This document shows positions 6,080-10,115 of a DNA stretch of 10,115 nucleotides, in pieces. Position 1 is the first letter of the stretch. Each line of letters starts with the position of its first letter. The notes beneath the pieces were generated by a model that was not told the DNA's origin, did not search any database, and saw only the letters and a list, made by a program, of their open reading frames with translations. The position numbers and the translations under genes were made by a program. The DNA is from Promethearchaeota archaeon (GTDB lineage: Archaea > Asgardarchaeota > Lokiarchaeia > Sigyniarchaeales > SOKP01), in assembly GCA_018238625.1 (NCBI GenBank), contig JABCSY010000128.1, positions 1 through 10,115 on the forward strand, given 5' to 3'.

Positions 6080-9000
6080 TTAAGTAGAGAATCCACTAAT
6101 GTCATACCCTTTTGCATGTAGTTCATCTAAAATTCTTTCATATATAGCCTGATCCTCATCACTTTCTAAGAGTTTATATAATTCCTCAAGAATTTGTCTA
6201 ACTATGTCAGATTTAGTAAATAAAATCCAAACAGGATTATCTCTATTTTTGATATAGCCAAATATTATTTCCAATACCAATTTATAATTTATAGTTAAAT
6301 AATCAACGAGTTTATTTAGTATGTTATCCATAAAAAAGTCCCCGATACCACCAGTTAATTTAGTTATTTTTTGCATTCTTAACAAGTGATCTTCAGAGGG
6401 ATTTTCTATTTCTGAAAATAATATTGTATACCATTTTAGCTCGTTAAACGCATCCTTAATCGTTATTTTTCTTGATTTTACCATCCTAATAATTTGCTCA
6501 ATACGAAAATCCCATAATTCAAAATATTTCTGTAATATTGAATCATTTAAGGTTTTCGCATGAGGATAAATATTTTTGTAATAATCCCACATTGCTCTTG
6601 CTCTTGTGTCTATATCTGATTGTTTAAAATAAAAATAGATTAAACTTTCTTTTTCAAGACTAATATAATCATGAAGATACAGTAAGAAAAGATGAGTTGA
6701 TAGTGCTTCTTTCGCTCTAAGAGATATATTCGGGCTTTGAACTTTGTTTATTGCTTGAATATATTGCTCTTTTAATACCTTAAATGCGGTTTCATTAACT
6801 TGTTGCTTATGTGAAATAATATAGCCTTCCCAAGCGGCATTCCATTTACTTCGATTATCATTTCCAGTTGGAAAAATTTTCTCAATTTGACTGATTGTCC
6901 AATCTTTATCAAAATAAAAGAGATTATATAAACATTCACCTAACATTGAACAAAAAAGTTCTTTCTCAATTAACGGATTTATTAATATACTTTCGATAAT
7001 CTTCTTAATATCTTGAAGTAAATATGGTTCATGATCCTCTTTAATACACTTTCGATTGAGAATAATTAGTGTTTCGATAGATTTTCCTTTGAATTGTGTA
7101 TAATAATAGATTACTGATTCTTGAGAAAATTTTTCGGCGTCTTCATATTTAATATAATAGGGGTTCTCTGTTTTAATTAGAAGTTTTGTAATTTGGATTA
7201 TAATCTCTAATACTTTTTCATTAACATTCAAATCCTCATATTTTACACAGTTATTAAGAGTTTCTTCAATTTCCCTAAAAATTCTTATTTTTAGACTCTC
7301 GTCAAGTTCGTTTTGATCTACAATAAAATTTACTATTTCTAATAATTGAAATAATAAAAATTTAATATCAAATATTTTCTTTTCATGGGTAGCTCTTCCG
7401 AAACCCTCAACTATATGAGGAAGATAAAAGACTTTGATATCCTTAAATCTTTCTAAAAATTTAATGTATTTTAAAGGATTATCTATTATGAGTCTATATA
7501 TTGCATATCCTAAATCATTTGGAGATTCAAAAATTCTCATTCCAGTGGGTTCATAATTATTCATAAAGCTTATAAGCTCATCAATATCCTTACTGGCTAA
7601 ATCTTCTTTAAATTCAGTTAAAGGATCGGAAAACCGAATAGGTCCATGATACCGAAAAATGTTTGGAGGGTGTTTATATACTAATTCGAACGATTTTGAC
7701 TCATCAACTAACTCTTTGTTAGCTAATTTAAAATCCACGGGTAAGTATTCATAAACGGGTTCAATTAATCGGAGCAAATCTCTTTTGCTTATTACTTCAT
7801 TTTTAAAATCTAACAATTTCTCATTTATCCAACTATAATATACCTGTTTTTGTTCTTCTGAAAATGTATTAAAATAGTTTTTTAATAGAAAATATAGCTC
7901 TGGCCATAGAAATTTCTCTTTAAATAAGTCATTTTCAAAAATTAAACTAATCTGATCCTTCAAAATATCAAATTTCTTATACCCTAAGAACAGTTGTAAT
8001 CTCTTGAATATATTCCATTTAAAATTTGAAAGTAATTGAAAACTACCATAGAAAGCATCTTCATCATTTTCAGAAAGTGAGAGGAGATATTCCTTAATTT
8101 CATCTAATAATCTGTTTTCTGTATCGTCTGATTTATATGTATCAGGGAAAGTCTCGATTGACTCTCTCCATATTTCAGAGTGCTCAGAAGCTTTTAAAAT
8201 CTCATCTGTAATCTCAGTTGTCCTGTTATTGATATCATCGCTAAATATAATATTCTTAATAATTTTCTTTTTTATTTGTTCTACAAGACAAATACACAGA
8301 ATTTCTAAAAGATCTAATTTAAAATCTTTATCTCCATTTAATAATATTACTTCAAAGACATCTCTATATTCAGAAAGTAAATATCTATAAATATCATAAC
8401 CACTTATACCATTTTGTTTAGGAGGTTGAGAGTTCTTAGAGTTAAACAATTCTTTAATGATTCTTAGTACAAATTCATAATCATTTACCTCTATTAATTT
8501 AAAGATTAACTTCTTTAAAATAGAATATAATGTGATATCTTGTGTTTTAACTATTGTCTCAATAATGCTCATAACATTGTTTATTTTAACAATAGGCATC
8601 TCTAAAATACATAATGCTATACCCCTAAAAAGAATATTACTCCCGGAGTTTGATAATTCTTGTAGAATTATGATTACTTTATCTGGATTAGTCTCTGAAA
8701 TATTTTTCAAATAATGTATCTGGGGGAAAAAATGAATATTTAACAAACCAGATTCATCTTTTTTAGGTAAAGAGAAGTAATTATGTTTTTGAAGTAAATC
8801 AAACCAGTTAGCTTTATGTAGATTCATAAAAAAGAATTGGGAATCTGCAGGTTTAAGTAAATATTTCTTTAATATTTCTAAGTGCTTCTCTTCCGGATTA
8901 TTAATTTCTAATAATTCATTTAATTGTCTTAATGTTTCTTTTGATGATTTAAAAAGCTCTATTAGTATCCTTTCTAGCTTTTTAAAATTAATATCAAACT

Positions 9001-9463
9001 TTTCCTCATCAATTTGTTCATATCCATAATGGGCAATTCCATTAAAAAAATCATGTATCTTTAGCCACTCTTTAATAAGATTATCTAAATATGTTCTTGA
9101 AACTATAGGTAAAATATCGGGATCTTTGGCTACTTTTAATTCCAGTTTTTTTAAATGAGTAATATACTTCTCTGCTATTATACTAACTTCATATTTATGA
9201 TCCAGATTATTTTCTTTTAAATAATTATTAAAAAAATCCAATAAACTCCCATATTCTTCTTGATCACGTTCAATTATTATATCTCTAGCAAAAATACTAC
9301 TAATATGTCTCAGAGAGTTTGCTATTTGATGAAATTTATCTGGATTTTCTTCCAGTTTATATGTAAATATAGCACCAAGATATGCTCTAGCAGCTAAAGG
9401 ACTTTCCTTTAGCAAAATTCCATACACTCCCTTTTGATATGAACTAAGATGTTCAATATTCAT
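6080..9463 (-). CDS. Large hypothetical protein: HEPN-like N-terminal domain + long alpha-helical region; putative defence protein
   Basis: 1127-aa uninterrupted ORF, GAGGT SD at 9478-9474. N-terminal YLGA...ENPDKFHQIANSLR and WLKIHDFFNGIAH; remainder amphipathic helices; no TM or P-loop motif seen. The CDS is secure, the function is inferred. Confidence 0.8.
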   Translation of the reverse strand: MNIEHLSSYQKGVYGILLKESPLAARAYLGAIFTYKLEENPDKFHQIANSLRHISSIFARDIIIERDQEEYGSLLDFFNNYLKENNLDHKYEVSIIAEKYITHLKKLELKVAKDPDILPIVSRTYLDNLIKEWLKIHDFFNGIAHYGYEQIDEEKFDINFKKLERILIELFKSSKETLRQLNELLEINNPEEKHLEILKKYLLKPADSQFFFMNLHKANWFDLLQKHNYFSLPKKDESGLLNIHFFPQIHYLKNISETNPDKVIIILQELSNSGSNILFRGIALCILEMPIVKINNVMSIIETIVKTQDITLYSILKKLIFKLIEVNDYEFVLRIIKELFNSKNSQPPKQNGISGYDIYRYLLSEYRDVFEVILLNGDKDFKLDLLEILCICLVEQIKKKIIKNIIFSDDINNRTTEITDEILKASEHSEIWRESIETFPDTYKSDDTENRLLDEIKEYLLSLSENDEDAFYGSFQLLSNFKWNIFKRLQLFLGYKKFDILKDQISLIFENDLFKEKFLWPELYFLLKNYFNTFSEEQKQVYYSWINEKLLDFKNEVISKRDLLRLIEPVYEYLPVDFKLANKELVDESKSFELVYKHPPNIFRYHGPIRFSDPLTEFKEDLASKDIDELISFMNNYEPTGMRIFESPNDLGYAIYRLIIDNPLKYIKFLERFKDIKVFYLPHIVEGFGRATHEKKIFDIKFLLFQLLEIVNFIVDQNELDESLKIRIFREIEETLNNCVKYEDLNVNEKVLEIIIQITKLLIKTENPYYIKYEDAEKFSQESVIYYYTQFKGKSIETLIILNRKCIKEDHEPYLLQDIKKIIESILINPLIEKELFCSMLGECLYNLFYFDKDWTISQIEKIFPTGNDNRSKWNAAWEGYIISHKQQVNETAFKVLKEQYIQAINKVQSPNISLRAKEALSTHLFLLYLHDYISLEKESLIYFYFKQSDIDTRARAMWDYYKNIYPHAKTLNDSILQKYFELWDFRIEQIIRMVKSRKITIKDAFNELKWYTILFSEIENPSEDHLLRMQKITKLTGGIGDFFMDNILNKLVDYLTINYKLVLEIIFGYIKNRDNPVWILFTKSDIVRQILEELYKLLESDEDQAIYERILDELHAKGYDISGFST

Positions 9464-9522
9464 TTCCCACTCTACCTCAATAATTTCAATCTTTTATCTC
9501 TTTAAGATCTATAGGAAATCCG

Positions 9523-9538
9523 TTATATATAATTTACT
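9523..9538 (-). promoter_or_regulatory. Putative TATA box of the 1127-aa gene
   Basis: Minus strand AGTAAA-TTATATATAA about 60 nt upstream of ATG 9463. Confidence 0.35.
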
Positions 9539-9766
9539 ATTAAGCTATAATAAAACTATAGAATGACTTTTATTCAAATCTTCATCTCTTTTTTTTTCTT
9601 TCAATTAGAAAAACTAAAAATATTCATCTTTATTATTTCTTTAGAGATGCAAAGTACAATTCCAGATTTGGATCATAATGATTCTTAAAATTTAATGAAT
9701 TTCCTTTAAGTGTATCAAAAGAAATATAAAACGATGCAAACACTTTTCAAAAACCAAACCTAAACC

Positions 9767-9786
9767 AGAAAAAAGATGTTCTCTTG
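9767..9786 (-). terminator. Possible oligo-T terminator after trxB
   Basis: Minus strand AAGAGAACATCTTTTTTCT: T6 tract (9774-9769) about 20 nt after the stop, with a tiny AAGA/TCTT stem. Confidence 0.3.
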
Positions 9787-9793
9787 CAGCAAA

Positions 9794-10114
9794 TTAGTAT
9801 TCTATATTCATCTCTGAGACATATGAGAATGCAGAATAAGCTGCGATAACACCTTCTGCCACGCCAGTAATAGCTTGTTTAAATGGAGCGTCTGCGACGT
9901 CACCAGCAGCGAACACACCCGGTAAGTTTGTTTCCGATTTTCTGTTAATGATTATCTCGCCCTTGTCATTTGTTCTAATGCCAATATGTTTAGCTATATC
10001 TGAGTTAGGTACAGAACCAACTTCGATAAAAACACCGTCTATTTCAAATTCTGTTCCATTATCGAAAATAACTGACTTAACAGTATTATCCCCTTTAATT
10101 TCTACGATATTGGT
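9794..10114 (-). CDS. trxB: Thioredoxin reductase (FAD/NAD(P)-dependent disulfide oxidoreductase), 3' part
   Basis: Hand translation: TNIVEIKGDNTVKSV...IDGVFIEVGSVPNS...ETNLPGVFAAGDVADAPFKQAITGVAEGVIAAYSAFSYVSEMNIEY*. These are TrxB-type DGVFI.IG..PN, T..PGVFAAGD and KQA motifs. Confidence 0.9.
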   Translation of the reverse strand, partial: TNIVEIKGDNTVKSVIFDNGTEFEIDGVFIEVGSVPNSDIAKHIGIRTNDKGEIIINRKSETNLPGVFAAGDVADAPFKQAITGVAEGVIAAYSAFSYVSEMNIEY

Positions 10115-10115
10115 T

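Noticed and set aside
8532-8714. 60-aa plus-strand ORF
   Set aside because: Antisense shadow inside the 1127-aa gene.
5787-9625. Loose direct similarity AATTAGAAA..ACTAAA..AATATTC at ~5787-5816 and ~9603-9625 as att sites or target duplication
   Set aside because: Needs several gaps in very AT-rich DNA; compatible with chance.
9633-9743. 36-aa GTG-start minus-strand ORF (VFASFYISFDTLKGNSLNFKNHYDPNLELYFASLKK)
   Set aside because: Short, no SD or motif; may be a remnant but is unsupported.
1-10115. CRISPR array, tRNA, rRNA or IS element
   Set aside because: No regularly spaced repeats, GC-rich structured RNA segment, transposase or terminal inverted repeats seen by eye.

Overview
AT-rich archaeal window, most likely Asgard (Lokiarchaeia-like). 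This is inferred from the archaeal-type DTD2, BRE/TATA promoters, GGTGA/GAGGT SD-like motifs and a membrane-fused longin-like domain. Gene order: 5' part of D-aminoacyl-tRNA deacylase dtdA (-, runs off the left edge, no canonical start before its conserved N-terminus); divergent ZIP-fold membrane protein with a long coiled-coil insert (+); two convergent paralogous Lrp/AsnC regulators with conserved Cys motifs; 2x[4Fe-4S] ferredoxin (-); sfsA (+); small protein with a poly-Lys tail (-); 7TM + longin-like fusion (+); a 1127-aa protein with a HEPN-like N-terminus and long helical body in an AT-rich island (-, candidate single-gene defence system); 3' end of thioredoxin reductase trxB (-). No rRNA, tRNA, CRISPR array or transposase was seen. 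Family calls come from motif recognition by eye, not database searches.
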